A stretch of DNA of 64,000 nucleotides from Hormiphora californensis. Lineage: Eukaryota; Animalia; Ctenophora. Within the stretch, counting starts at the first letter, position 1. Every line of letters starts with the position of its first letter. Shown here piece by piece: positions 48,857 through 61,136 of the stretch. The position numbers and the translations under genes are program-made. A model generated the notes under the pieces. It was not told the origin of the DNA and searched no databases. It saw nothing but the letters and a program-made list of their open reading frames with translations. The stretch lies in NCBI GenBank assembly GCA_020137815.1, contig CM035361.1, positions 5,146,001 through 5,210,000 on the forward strand. The letters are read 5' to 3'.

Positions 48857-51811
48857 GGAAAACGTTAAAATCGGGCGCGATTATAATCTGGGTGCCTTGC
48901 AGCCTGTTTACAGGTGCGCGCTACCAAAAGAGTATACTTAGACCGACTTTTTTCAAACGGCTATAGCCATGGAACCACATGGCCGATTTGAGTAAACTAA
49001 ACGGTATCAGTCAATCAATCAATTTAATAATTTTTTAATCAATTTTCTATGCTTTTTATTTTTTCCCTGCCCGGGTGAATGCCGAAGGCATTCACCCGGA
49101 TGCCTTTTTACTTTGTAAAAAGGCATAGCAGGGTTAGAATTCGAAAACGACATTTTGGTATACTAACTAATCGGTAGAGGGACCATTTTGGTCACACTTT
49201 CGTTGCGAAGGGCAACCTCGCGGCGCGCGTGATCTGACACTTGCGGAGTAACATGCGCACGCGCAAACAATTGAAATTTTATGAGGGGCGCGCGGCTATA
49301 AACTGTAACGCGCGGCAAAATTTGTTTTATATCGGCCGCGCGTTTTGAGAAATGGAGAAATTGAAAAATCTGTTCTGCGTTTTGTTCAAAAATTCGAAAA
49401 ACACAAATCCCCATTTTGCGGACAGCTTACTCGTTGGGTGAGTTGAATGGCAAATCGAAGAGGGCAGGGAAACGTAGCATTATGCAGATACATAATGCAA
49501 ATAATTCTTGTTATTTTTTAACTGTATCATCTCAACCTGACTCATGCACCCAGTCCTACGGGCGACTTATTTATTCTTTAACTCCTTCTTATCTTTACCG
49601 CATTTTCCCACCATCCCCTTTTCTATATTTTGTTTAGTTCAAACTGTTATCATGCACATTGTCCCTCACTTAGCCCTATTTATTTACATCTATTTTATAC
49701 CAATCAACTTATTTTATTATCTAATCATCTTTTTACTCTAATTATTTATCTTTAATCAATTTAATCATTGTAAGCATTATTTATGGCTTTACTCTGGCTT
49801 TGAGATGGCCGCTATAGACGCGGTGAGAGTCTTAACGATAATCTCGGTGTTCTTTTAGTTATATCTATTAGTTCGAGTAATACGAGTAGTGGACTATCAT
49901 ATTTAAGGGTACACCTGGCGTTTTTCATCATCGAGTGCCCAACCAAATGACTTCACCAGGGTTTAGGCCATACAAAATGGACCTCAAATATGCAATTTTA
50001 GCCCTAAAGTCGAATTCATATTTTTGCTACAGCCTATTTTCAAAGTGGCGTTTTTTCAATTTTTGTTGAAATTTTTAACCTCAGGACCACTTTTTTTGAG
50101 ATAGAAACATTAAATTCTTGGAATTTGAAGAGAATATAAAGGTGAATAAGCCCAAAGAAGGATTTTTGAAATGGAGCTTATTTCTGGCCATGAGAACGGT
50201 TTACTTTTTTGCTTCTTTGACACGCTGGCTGAGAATGTTCCCATGCTTCATTAGAGATGAAAATCTGGAAATAGTTGCTCAAAACGATTATCTATGTGGC
50301 CCAAAAATTTTGGAACTTTCCCGCCAAAGATGTGGTGTACAGAGCTTTTTTTGTGAAACCTGTCTTTTTGAATAAGAGGGAAATTCCCTGTATCTCAAAA
50401 ACGGATGATCGTAGAGACCTGGGACCCAGCTTAATCGATTCAGAAGGTCCGATTTTGGGGGGGTCTTCTGAGAGACATTTTGCTCCTACTCCAACCGTTT
50501 TTGCTGTAATTGCGAAAAAGGTATCAGCAAGTAAGGGGGAAATCAGCCCGAAGCAGGCTACTGGAATAGAGTTGTTTCCTCTTTTCATAGAATTGGTTTT
50601 TTGCAATTACAGCAAAATCGGTTGGAGTAAAGTCCATTTTTTTTCAACTGTTCACCCAAAAACTGAAATTTAATAAAATTTAGAATTTGGGTGGCGCGCG
50701 CTATACGTTAACATGTGATAAACGCGCAAAAAAATTCCGCGCACGACTTTGGGGGGTGAACAGTTGAAAAAAAATGGAGTATAGGAGCAAAATGTCTCTC
50801 AGAAGACCCCCCCAAAATCGGACCTTCTGAATCGATTAAGCTTAGTCCCAGGTCTCTACGATCATCCGTTTTTGAGATACAGGGAATTTCCCTCTTTTTC
50901 AAAAAAACGGGTTTCACAAAACAAGCTCTGTACACCACATCTTTGGCGGGAAAATTCCAAAATTTTTGGGCCACATAGATAATCGTTTTGAGCAACTATT
51001 TCCAGATTTTCATCTCTAATGAAGCATGGGAACATTCTCAGCCAGCGTGTCAAAGAAGCAAAAAAGTAAACCGTTCTCATGGCCAGAAATAAGCTCCATT
51101 TCAAAAATCCTTCTTTGGGCTTATTCACTTTTATATTCTCTTCAAATTCCAAGAATTTAATGTTTCTATCTCAAAAAAAGTGGTCCTGAGGTTAAAAATT
51201 TCAACAAAAATTGAAAAAACGCCACTTTGAAAATAGGCTGTAGCAAAAATATGAATTCGACTTTAGGGCTAAAATTGCATATTTGAAGTCCATTTTGTAT
51301 GGCCTAAACCCTGGTGAAGTCATTTGGTTGGGCACTCGATGATGAAAAACGCCAGGTGTACCCTTAACGCATGATAGCGGGATATAAATGTTCGATATTA
51401 TTATTATTATTATAGAATCGATAGCCCTAACCGATAACCCCAAACCAAACCCTAACCAGACCCTAACGGATAGCCCTAACCCGTCGCGCGCGCCCAAAAC
51501 TACGAATTGTTAGCAATGAAAGGCACCCAGATTTTAACGTTTTCCGTTAAAATCTGGGTGCCTTTCATTGCCAACAATTCGTAGTTTTAGCGCGCGCGAC
51601 GGGTTAGGGCTATCCGTTAGGGTCTGGTTAGGGTTTGGTTTGGGGTTATCGGTTAGGGCTATCGATTCTCTATCAGTTACCGTTTAGTTTACTCAAATTG
51701 GCCATGTGGTTGCGTGGCTATAGCCGTTTGAAAAAAGTCGGTCTAAGTGTACTCTTTTGATAGCGCGCACCTGTAAACAGGCCGCAAGGCACCCAGATTA
51801 TAATCACGCCC
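48857..51811. mobile_element. Mutator-type MITE M1 with an inverted second M1 copy (48873-51545) inserted in its TIR
   Basis: Outer TSD GTTTGCTTT; inner TSD GTTAAAATC at 48864-48872 and 51546-51554. Confidence 0.9.
49907..51363. mobile_element. Long-TIR non-autonomous DNA transposon, TTAA TSD (Kolobok-like)
   Basis: TTAA-GGGTACACCTGGCG...CGCCAGGTGTACCC-TTAA with ~585-bp near-identical inverted arms. Confidence 0.9.
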
Positions 51812-52007
51812 GTTTGCTTTTTATTTTTTCTTCGTTTTTTTTCTTCGTTGGTCCGCTCCATAACTTGTTCTATTCGGGGTTACAGAGGAAGGAACAAGAA
51901 TGATGGCTCTTCATCAGATCTGTACCATACATACTAGTCTTTAACTGTTGCATGTATTTTATGTGATTTTCTTCGTGTAGCCGGTCAGGCAAAAACAATT
52001 TATATAT

Positions 52008-52181
52008 GGAGGCGAGACACTGTGTTGAGACGCGCACCATTGCGACGCGCATTGCGACGTGCATTTTGGCTTTGCGACGCGCATTTAAGCATTGCGACGC
52101 GCACGTGCGCGTCGCAAAGCCAAAATGCGCGTCGCAATGCACGTCGCAATGGTGCGCGTCTCAACACAGTGTCTCGCATCC
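52008..52181. mobile_element. 174-bp palindromic MITE, AT TSD
   Basis: Same family as 28414-28587. Confidence 0.88.
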
Positions 52182-52940
52182 ATACTATTATTGACATTGT
52201 TAGGCCAGATGCATGCGGCTTCTTTTATTATAATTTTATTCTCTTTTTTTCTTCGTTTCTTTCACTTTCTTCTTGCTTTTTTTACGGTTGGTAAGCACTG
52301 CACTTATCCAAAGAGGACTGTCGGGTTTTTGAAGTTGTCACCCCACTTTTCACGCGTGTCAGTCGTGTGCCTGGTGCCGACCGGTTTTGGTGGTGGGCGG
52401 TGGTCAGGGTGTGGACGTCTTAGGGCGTGGTCGGGTCTTCCCTGTCACTCGGGAGGGCTATTGGGCTGTGTGTGTGGAAACCTTTAGACAGGATACGACC
52501 CATAACATGCCCCACGCGGTCCTTATTTGATTCAGCTACATTTTATCCAGCAATTTTGTTTGTAGTCAGGGGCGGTGCGCGGCGTTCATTCACGGAAAAA
52601 ATTTTGGGTCCAGCGCTGCAGAAAATGCATTTAAATGTAACGCGCGAAGGTGGTCTGGACCACATTGGTCAATAGCGCTGCCGCATTAGCTTTTTCTTGC
52701 GTGCATTCGGTTTTTTCAATTGAAAATCGGCTCATTTTTTCACTTTTTTGTTTGTTTTTGACACTTTTTGGCAAGATTTCCCATTTTCTTCTCTTCTCTC
52801 GTCCAAAAAGTGGGTCCTGGACCCACTGGACCCAGCCTAGCTTCGCCACTGTTTGTAGTTGCTTCTATCCCATTGGCCATTGGGGGGGGGACATGTTAAT
52901 TGTTGATAAATTACCTCGGTCATAAAAGCCTGTCAAGTAA

Positions 52941-53213
52941 AGTCGAATTTTTTAATCAAGGGACAGGGGGCCGCGCGTTCAGAGGGGTTTCAGCGCGGCT
53001 TTGTATTTGCGCGTGATAATCGAGATCAAGTTCCTGGCAATCTTAAGACTTGAACCCGGAAGCGTTGGAAAGATAATTTTAAGACCTTTTTAACGCAACC
53101 AAGATCGAGTCTTTATCTTATCAGGAACAGAAGATATGAGCGAAAACGTTTAGCACGTGCAAAAAGACTTTTGTAAATGCGCGGCCCCTGTCCCTTGATT
53201 AAAAAATTCGACT
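52941..53213. mobile_element. MITE
   Basis: TIR AGTCGAATTTTTTAATCAAGGGACAGGGG..CCGCGC. Confidence 0.8.
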
Positions 53214-53319
53214 ATATTTGCCGAGTTAATGGCCGCTGGCAACCTGTTCCACAGGTGTGCAGCTCTCGGTCCGAAGGAAGAATGGTACTGATTCGCTCTC
53301 CAGCCCCGATCGAATTTTG

Positions 53320-56300
53320 TGTTTCGGGGTGTTCGGGGGGTTACAGGGGGCCAGGGGCGTTGGGTGACCGTACCGATGTATTTCCGTAGACAAAGATAAA
53401 CACAGGATCTTACAAAGGTGAGAAGAAGGTTTCAAGGTAAACGAAGGTATAGTTGTTAGGAAGAAGAGTGACAAAACTTTCTTGCATTCATATTCTCTCA
53501 AAACATCAAAGGTAAAACATCTCTCGCGCGGCGGGAATAGTGTGATTCCGCGCTCGCGATATCTCACAACACATTTGGAACTCTCGCGCGTTCCATACAA
53601 ACACTCAGGAAAACTGTGTCACACTCATGGCACACATCGCACACACACGTTACACACACAAACAAACTATTAGTTCACACCTATCACACTCCCCTCTCTT
53701 TCCTTTTCCGAATCGAGAGATGAGCAAGCAGGAGATTCAGGTCCGGCAAGCTACAGGTCAGGGCTAAAAATGAACACTGTCATGAGTGGCTGGATGTGAA
53801 AAATAAAATGGCAGGGAAAAGGAAAATGCCAGTCGGCTAATAAACTCGTGACAAAGCATCAGGTGAGTTGAAATAAGTGAAGAACAAAAATCTATCACTG
53901 GGTAAAATAAGTAGTGAAAGTCAGGTGAGTTAAATATACACACTGGGTGAGTAGTAAGAAAACGGGTTAAGAAGTAAAAACTGGGTTAAAATAAGGTGAG
54001 ATAAAATACAAAAGTAGGGATAAAGTAAACGGTTACAGCATTCCGTTGATAACGTCCGGGTTCACTCCTCTCTTTGTCAGGATGTCAGCGGGGTTCAACT
54101 TTGATTGAATCCAAGAGACTGTGACTTCCCCTCTCTCGATTCTCTCTTGAACTTCTCGTAACGTGAGAATTGTTGACTTATCTTCAGGGGTTGAAGACAC
54201 CTTGTTTGCAGAGTCAACAACTTGTTTGGAGTCAGTGAAAATCTTGATTCCCGGGTCAAAAGTGAGTTCTCTCAAGAAGGATTGGATCAGGATTGCATAT
54301 CCCAAACCATCACTCACTGCATAGAGTTCTGCTGCGTAGACACTTTTCACAACACGTTTAACCTTGTTGGAACTGTAGGCTATCAGGTTAGCGTGAGAGT
54401 TGTCTCCTGTTTCAGTTTGAGGGTCTCCCCAGAAAAGAATGACACCTTCCCCGGTTTTCTTGTCATGGAGATTTCCAAGACTAGCGTCTGTAAAAACTGA
54501 AATATTAGCGTTAGTGTGAAAAATAGGGGAAAAAGTAATCTTTGTTGGGGATAAATTCTTGACAATCTTCTTCAGCTCTTTGAATTGTTTCCCAGTCCAC
54601 GGTGATGTCGTAGTAATGTCAAGAAGGCTAAAACAGATCTGTGGCATAGTCTGTGTTGCCAGCCAATTCAACTTTCCAATCACAGTCCTCATGAGAGATT
54701 GGAGGTTATCGTCAACTTCTTCACTATTCTGGGGCACAGGTTTGACAGAATTCAACTTTTCCATCATACTGTCTCTGACATAGTTACAGTACTGCTGCTG
54801 TGTGACGAATATGTTGTTTCCTTGCTGTTTGACTTGCCAGCCAAGGTAGTTGAAATCGGTTATCTCCACTCGTCCTATCTTGTATCTGTTCAGGGCGGGT
54901 TCCACTTTAGCGAAGAAATTGTGGTCACCTGTCATCAGAATGTCATCAACATGGACAACTAGTAATCCTTCTAGCTTTCCATCATCTCCGATGGTGAAGA
55001 ATACGTTTTTGTCAATTTTAGATTGACGGAGAGTCTTCTTCAGAGTTGCAGAGAGAGAAAAATACCATTTTCTACCAGCGTCTCCTAGTCCATACAGGGG
55101 TTTCAGAAGTTTCCACAACACTCCTTGTTTCCTCATGGAATTAGGTGGTTTAACATACACCTCTCTTGACATAGTGTCTGATTGCAAATAAGCGCTTGCT
55201 ACATCAACACTCTTCAGGTTCCAGTTGGTTGTAGTAGACAGACTGAGTAGAGTTCTCACTGCATACTTTGTTACAGTTGGGGATTGGGTTTGGTCCTCTA
55301 ACTTTTCCTCGAATCCACGGGCAACTAGACGGGCCTTGACTGTCCCATCATCCTTTCGGGTTATAACCCATCGGGTGCTTACCCGGTCCTGTCCTGTGTC
55401 AGGCACTTCTTCAAATGCTTTAAACTCCTCCAGTTTATCGATCTCTTTCCTTCGTGCTAATTGCACTTCCTCTTTACCCATCTTTGATGCTGCTAGGAGA
55501 ATTTCATCATGTTCGGGACTGAAGGGTTCTTGATCATCTGGGGGTTTTCTGGGACTGTCCTCTCTGGGATCTGTAGTCTCAGGTAAAAGTACCTGCTTCT
55601 GCTCAACATGATCATCAAGATTCTGGAGCTGTTCACTTTCTGGAACATTTATCTCAGGGGCAGATCCACTTTCTTGGGATACTTCCTCAACCGGATTATC
55701 AGGATTCGGAGGCTGTTCACTTTCTGGAACATTGTTCTCTTGGACAGATCCACTTTGGGATTCTTCCTCTACCGCGTTACCATTTTTAGTAACTTCAATC
55801 ACTGTGTGTTCACTTTCGGAATCTGATACAGGATGTGTTGCTGCGGGGGTGTCTCTATGAGTTTTACTCCTCAATCCGAAATCTCTTGCTGGAGGTGCCA
55901 CTTTGGTTTTCTTCTTCTTGGGCTTCTTCTTCTGTACCTTGGGCTCGGTTGGCCTGTCCTCGGGTTCATCTTCCTCACTTGAGTCTCCCAGTGCTAATCG
56001 CGAGTTGGGGACTGTCCTCTGGTTTTGGTCTTTTCGCTCATGGACTAGCCTCACTTTACAAGGATGTGCACGTAGTAGTGCTCCACCGTGCTTGATTAAA
56101 ACATTGTTATCGATCATTCCAACAACTGTAGCGGGTCCCAACCAGGTTTTGTGAGCTTCACGCTTGTAGAATACCTTATCTCCCTGGACATAGGTATGTT
56201 GATCCTGTGTTGGTCCGGCACTATTTAGTGCTCGTTTCAGTCTGGAAGAATTTTCCAATTCGATAAACTTTAATCGGGCTGTCTTCATGGCTTGTAGATT

Positions 56301-58657
56301 CTTCACTACTAATTCATCTCCGTGAGCATTTCCTCCGTGAGCAGGTAGGCATTCTTCTGAGTCCAATACGTGTGGAAAGGTAGGAGCTGTGCCAAAAACT
56401 AGTTGATGTGGTGAAAATCCCATCTGATTGCTTAGCTGGTTCTTAGCATTGCTAGACCAAGCACAAGCCACTGGTATAGTGCATCCAGTGTCATCACGAG
56501 TTTTGACAACCATGTCTCCGAGAATTCCGTTGTGTCTCTCAGTGAGACCATTGCACCATGGGCTCTCAGCTGGGGTAGCTTTCAAGTCAATATCTAGGCG
56601 GCTTGCCATCTCCAGGATAACTTCGTTGGTGAATTCTCCTCCGTTGTCCGATAGGATCCTCTTGGGGCGACCAAAGATAGAAATCCAACATGTGAAGAAC
56701 TTTTGAACGCACTCTTCAGCTGATTTGTTTTCAATGGGGACCATAACACTGTACCTGGTTAGTGTATCAATGATATGAATAGTCCACTTTGATTCACCCG
56801 AGCTGAATTTCAACATCTTTAAATCCATTGCAACACACTCATTGAAAGTGTTCCCGAGAGGTAATGCAACTTTCCTCCTAGGTTTGGATCGTTGATGCTC
56901 CATGCATTGTTGGCATTCAAGTGCAACTTGGTGAAGTTCTCGACAAATCTCTTCCTTGTTGGGGTGATTGGAAGATTTAGCTACCTCCTGGATTTTCGCA
57001 GTCGAGCCATGGGCAAAGTAACGATGGAGTTTCTGGGCAATCTTTCTGGGTGATGTGGTACCTGAATCCGAAGATGTTAAAAGAGTAGTTGGAGAAAGTT
57101 TGGAGTTTAAATCAATTGTGACGTGACCACTATCAGTGAGATGTAACTGTGTTTGTTTACCCGAGACCTGTAGCACGTCGTTCCCAAAATCAATCACCGC
57201 TCCTCTCTCGCTAAGTAAAGCTCTGGATAAAAGAGGTGGGATGTTAAGGTCTAGGACAAACACGGGTACTTCATCACATGACAAACCAAATATATCTGTG
57301 GGGATATACGCAATCGATTTAGACGTTACAGATTTGGAATCACCAAAAGTAAAATGTCTCTCACTGACAGTCTCTCTCTTACAACGTATACAAGATTCAC
57401 TCTCAAATTTACGTAACCAATTTGCACCACACACTGAGATAGCTGCACCAGTGTCCAAAATCGCTCTTAGGCCACATTGTTCAGTTAGTGAAAGAATATA
57501 CTCTGTACCGACAACCATCTTGAAAACTCCGTGCTGCCTGCCGCCACCACGGCCACCACGATTACCACGACTACCACCACTGCCACCATATTTCGACTCC
57601 TTCCTGGCGCTATTCTTCTTTAGACAGTTGGAGGCCACATGTCCGGGTTTTCTACAGTTAAAACATACAATCAGAGTTAATGATTCTGTTTCAGTTTTCT
57701 CAGAGTTAGAAACTGCACCATTTGACTCGGGAAGGTTGGCACCAAAAGTCCTTTTCATCGATTGAATCATGTCCTCTAAACGAATATTAGGACAAGTTGC
57801 TCGTAGAAGGCGTTTTTGCTCCGGGGTCAGATTTGCTTGTTCAAGGAGTCTATAGGCAAGGATCTGAGATCCGTAGATAGCATCTTGAGTCTCCACTTCA
57901 CACCTCTGCTTCAACTCATTGAGCCGTGTTGAGAACTCCGAAATGAACTCAGGAATGGCCATATCGGAAGGTCTCACAAATTGTTCGAACCGTTCTATGG
58001 CGGTGAACAAGCTTACAGTCTTATCCCTACCGAAAACACCTTCGAGATCTTTTAACAGATAGGCCACGCCATCATCTGTTTGCAGTTTCGAGATATCCAA
58101 GCCTAGGGCATGTTCCTTCGCGGCACCAGTTAGGACATAGGCGAGGCGGGCTGCCTGGCTCTTTGGTGGACATGTTGTTCCAGCGATCCAGAGAAGCACG
58201 TCCCTTCGGTAGACATCGAATGGTAACTCGGCGTTGAAAGTGGGAGGATATATGTCTGACGGCATCGAGTTGCACTTGCTGCTACCACTGTTTCGGGGTG
58301 TTCGGGGGGTTACAGGGGGCCAGGGGCGTTGGGTGACCGTACCGATGTATTTCCGTAGACAAAGATAAACACAGGATCTTACAAAGGTGAGAAGAAGGTT
58401 TCAAGGTAAACGAAGGTATAGTTGTTAGGAAGAAGAGTGACAAAACTTTCTTGCATTCATATTCTCTCAAAACATCAAAGGTAAAACATCTCTCGCGCGG
58501 CGGGAATAGTGTGATTCCGCGCTCGCGATATCTCACAACACATTTGGAACTCTCGCGCGTTCCATACAAACACTCAGGAAAACTGTGTCACACTCATGGC
58601 ACACATCGCACACACACGTTACACACACAAACAAACTATTAGTTCACACCTATCACA
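53320..58657 (-). mobile_element. Full-length Ty1/copia LTR retrotransposon, GalEa-like
   Basis: 369-bp TG..CA LTRs at 53320-53688 and 58289-58657, 5-bp TSD TTTTG, PBS TGGTAGCAG (tRNA-iMet type) and a polypurine tract next to 53688. Confidence 0.97.
54033..58265 (-). CDS. Gag-Pol polyprotein (CCHC knuckle, PR, IN, RT, RNase H in copia order)
   Basis: CFNCRKPGHVASNC, LDTGA, H..FAH..CQQC, SDNGGEF..ER, KARLVARG, HVDD, FTDAS and ADILTK; 1410 aa uninterrupted. Confidence 0.97.
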   Translation of the reverse strand: MPSDIYPPTFNAELPFDVYRRDVLLWIAGTTCPPKSQAARLAYVLTGAAKEHALGLDISKLQTDDGVAYLLKDLEGVFGRDKTVSLFTAIERFEQFVRPSDMAIPEFISEFSTRLNELKQRCEVETQDAIYGSQILAYRLLEQANLTPEQKRLLRATCPNIRLEDMIQSMKRTFGANLPESNGAVSNSEKTETESLTLIVCFNCRKPGHVASNCLKKNSARKESKYGGSGGSRGNRGGRGGGRQHGVFKMVVGTEYILSLTEQCGLRAILDTGAAISVCGANWLRKFESESCIRCKRETVSERHFTFGDSKSVTSKSIAYIPTDIFGLSCDEVPVFVLDLNIPPLLSRALLSERGAVIDFGNDVLQVSGKQTQLHLTDSGHVTIDLNSKLSPTTLLTSSDSGTTSPRKIAQKLHRYFAHGSTAKIQEVAKSSNHPNKEEICRELHQVALECQQCMEHQRSKPRRKVALPLGNTFNECVAMDLKMLKFSSGESKWTIHIIDTLTRYSVMVPIENKSAEECVQKFFTCWISIFGRPKRILSDNGGEFTNEVILEMASRLDIDLKATPAESPWCNGLTERHNGILGDMVVKTRDDTGCTIPVACAWSSNAKNQLSNQMGFSPHQLVFGTAPTFPHVLDSEECLPAHGGNAHGDELVVKNLQAMKTARLKFIELENSSRLKRALNSAGPTQDQHTYVQGDKVFYKREAHKTWLGPATVVGMIDNNVLIKHGGALLRAHPCKVRLVHERKDQNQRTVPNSRLALGDSSEEDEPEDRPTEPKVQKKKPKKKKTKVAPPARDFGLRSKTHRDTPAATHPVSDSESEHTVIEVTKNGNAVEEESQSGSVQENNVPESEQPPNPDNPVEEVSQESGSAPEINVPESEQLQNLDDHVEQKQVLLPETTDPREDSPRKPPDDQEPFSPEHDEILLAASKMGKEEVQLARRKEIDKLEEFKAFEEVPDTGQDRVSTRWVITRKDDGTVKARLVARGFEEKLEDQTQSPTVTKYAVRTLLSLSTTTNWNLKSVDVASAYLQSDTMSREVYVKPPNSMRKQGVLWKLLKPLYGLGDAGRKWYFSLSATLKKTLRQSKIDKNVFFTIGDDGKLEGLLVVHVDDILMTGDHNFFAKVEPALNRYKIGRVEITDFNYLGWQVKQQGNNIFVTQQQYCNYVRDSMMEKLNSVKPVPQNSEEVDDNLQSLMRTVIGKLNWLATQTMPQICFSLLDITTTSPWTGKQFKELKKIVKNLSPTKITFSPIFHTNANISVFTDASLGNLHDKKTGEGVILFWGDPQTETGDNSHANLIAYSSNKVKRVVKSVYAAELYAVSDGLGYAILIQSFLRELTFDPGIKIFTDSKQVVDSANKVSSTPEDKSTILTLREVQERIERGEVTVSWIQSKLNPADILTKRGVNPDVINGML

Positions 58658-58816
58658 TTTTGGTCCTATCTATAGTATTAAACTGGCAGCATCCTGATCT
58701 AAAATAAGCAGAATTTTCAGCATTTTAGTCCGCCAATGTGCTGAAAATTCCTCTCAATCATATCAGATACACGTGCAGAGAGATTCTTATTCTTGCAGTA
58801 CTGCAGCAGTGTGAAT

Positions 58817-58896
<80 letters not shown>

Positions 58897-59354
58897 GGGA
58901 GAGAGAGATGGAGAACATGTGTTGGCCAACGTTGGTTGGCGCCAGTTGTGCGTAGTGCACCGACAACAGTCTAGAGGGGGAAAGGGGGAGATTAGAGAGA
59001 TTCATACATTAACATTGCAATTGAATTGGCTCTCTCTCTCTCTCTTTTTCAGCGCGACCAGTTCAACCAATCTGCTGAAAATCGTGCTGAAAACTGACCA
59101 TTTCAACCAATCTGCTGAAAATCGTGATGAAAACTGTTGTCGGTGCATTACGCAAAACTGGAACATTCCCCAACATATTCTGTCACACACAACCAACACA
59201 TAATATCCCCAGATATCTCTCTTTCCCCCTCTTCAGTCTTTCACATTCACTGCACCACCTATATTTTCAGCAGAATTTTCAGCACATAATATGTAGATAA
59301 AATTTTTGAATTGTAAAAATCAGCATTCTCGTTAAAAAAAATCAGCATCCTGGG

Positions 59355-60610
59355 AGACATTTCTTTCCAATTGGTTGGCAAATTTTGAATTTTCGAACGG
59401 GGCTCTCCAGGTCTCAGCCCGATGTGGAAACATTGGTGGGGCTAACCTCATACCCAGCCTTGCACTGTGTTGGAACACAATATTTGCAGAATTCGGAACA
59501 AACCCATGGATCGTCTTCCACACATGTATCAACATGTAACGTTTTCTCCTACGTTGAAGAGATATCAGGTCGAGAACTTTTTTTCTCTCCCAATAGTCGA
59601 GATTCTGCATTCCATCAAGTCTTCTAGTAAAACACCTTTATTGGACGTTCTCAATTAACTTTGACGGATCCCAGACCAGACCAGGGCTGGCTCCAGGGGG
59701 TGATGCGGGGGGTGCACCCCCCCCCCCAAAGTCTTGGCAGCAGACCATTTGGATTGGGAAACCACCCCAAAAATACAAAATTTTCAGTAAAATTTTTGAC
59801 TGATCACAAGCGAATTTAAATCACCTAGTGAACATCACTGAGTGAGAGAGAGAGAGCATTGTAGCATGCCCCCCCCCCCCTGGGCTACTATTAAGGAAAA
59901 GTGGCCTTCGGCCACTACACCCCCAGAAATATCGGGCTGGAGCCAGCCCTGGACCAGACAACAATACTCCAAAGTTGGTCTGATCAGTGATTTGAAGAGT
60001 TGCAACATTACCTAAGATCTCGAAAAACACTGAAAATCCACCCAGATAGAAGAGAGGCTCTCCTCACAATGATGGCAATGTGCTTAGACCAAGAACCATC
60101 CGAGGACATCTGGACACCCAAGTCACGGACATCAGCTTCAGGAAACAGTTGTACTCCAGATTTTGTGGTGTACGAACATATGTCAACTGAAAAAGGGAAT
60201 TCCTTGTAGATTGCCGACTTGTTCAATGTTACCCGCTGCCACAGAGGGATCAATAGCCGCCGGATTGCTGAAAACACTAGCAAACTGGTATTGTAGTAAG
60301 TTAGCCTTCTCCAGGGGGTCAACAGTTAAGGAACCATCCGCACGCTCAACTCTCAAGGGGGGGGGGCAACTGATAATTTAACCTTAGAGTTCTTTTTAAC
60401 GTGAGTATAAAAGAACTTGGGGTTCTCCTTGATAGCACCCACAGCCTTCCTCTCCACTTTATTGTCCCTTGATATCAGATGGGATTTGATTTTCCCAATT
60501 AAACAATCCATCTCCGATTTCCACTTTACTGAATTGTTACGTTTATCAAGTTTACGCCTCCTGCTAGTCAAATGCCTGAGTTCTTTGTCTACAAATGATA
60601 TTAAATATTC
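59355..60610 (-). mobile_element. Decayed CR1/L2-group LINE fragments
   Basis: IKENPKFFY, VRDLGVQMSSD.SW, DYWER..LQRRR and W, broken by stops, frameshifts and deletions. Confidence 0.8.
59682..59951. mobile_element. hAT-type MITE
   Basis: CAGGGCTGGCTCCAG TIR and 8-bp TSD GACCAGAC. Confidence 0.88.
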
Positions 60611-61136
60611 TTTCAAGACTCACATTCAGACGGTTCATAATGGAGAAAAGAGATGTAAATGTAAGTGGGCAGTTGTTTTATTCTCGTAGTAACAAGGTTA
60701 CACATGAGGGCCGCCATTTGGAATTTAAATGCAAATACAAGGGATGTATCGTTATAAAACGCAGCCAGGAGGATTTGGACGATCACATTAGGAATGGTCA
60801 TCCGACCAAGGAATTTATGTCAATGCCCTATGTCCTTTCATGATGCTTCTCTGATGATTGCTCATAAGAGGTGCCAGACTTTTTCCCTGTGAAATTTGTG
60901 GAAAAACGTTCAAGGAATTGCATCATGTTGCGCATCACAAGTATAGAGTTCACTCTGGTATTAAACCGTGGGTTTGTCAAGTGTATGGAAAAGCTTTTGC
61001 CGAGAAACATAGCCTTACAAGGCACAAACGGGTACACACGGGTGAACAATTGTTCGGTTGTGAGTTCTGTGCGAAACGATTTGCGTCTGTTGGCAGACAC
61101 CGTCAAAATTGTTGGAAGAGACCTCCCGAGTCTTGA
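60610..61136 (+). pseudogene. Degenerate C2H2 zinc-finger array
   Basis: CEICGKTF..HKYRVHSGIKPWVCQVYGKAF..LTRHKRVHTGE; upstream fingers are broken by stops and frameshifts, and one Cys is replaced by Tyr. Confidence 0.7.

Noticed and set aside
46106-51497. Duplicated ORFs on opposite strands (46131/46880, 50118/50862 and others)
   Set aside because: They are by-products of inverted-repeat arms and carry no protein motifs.
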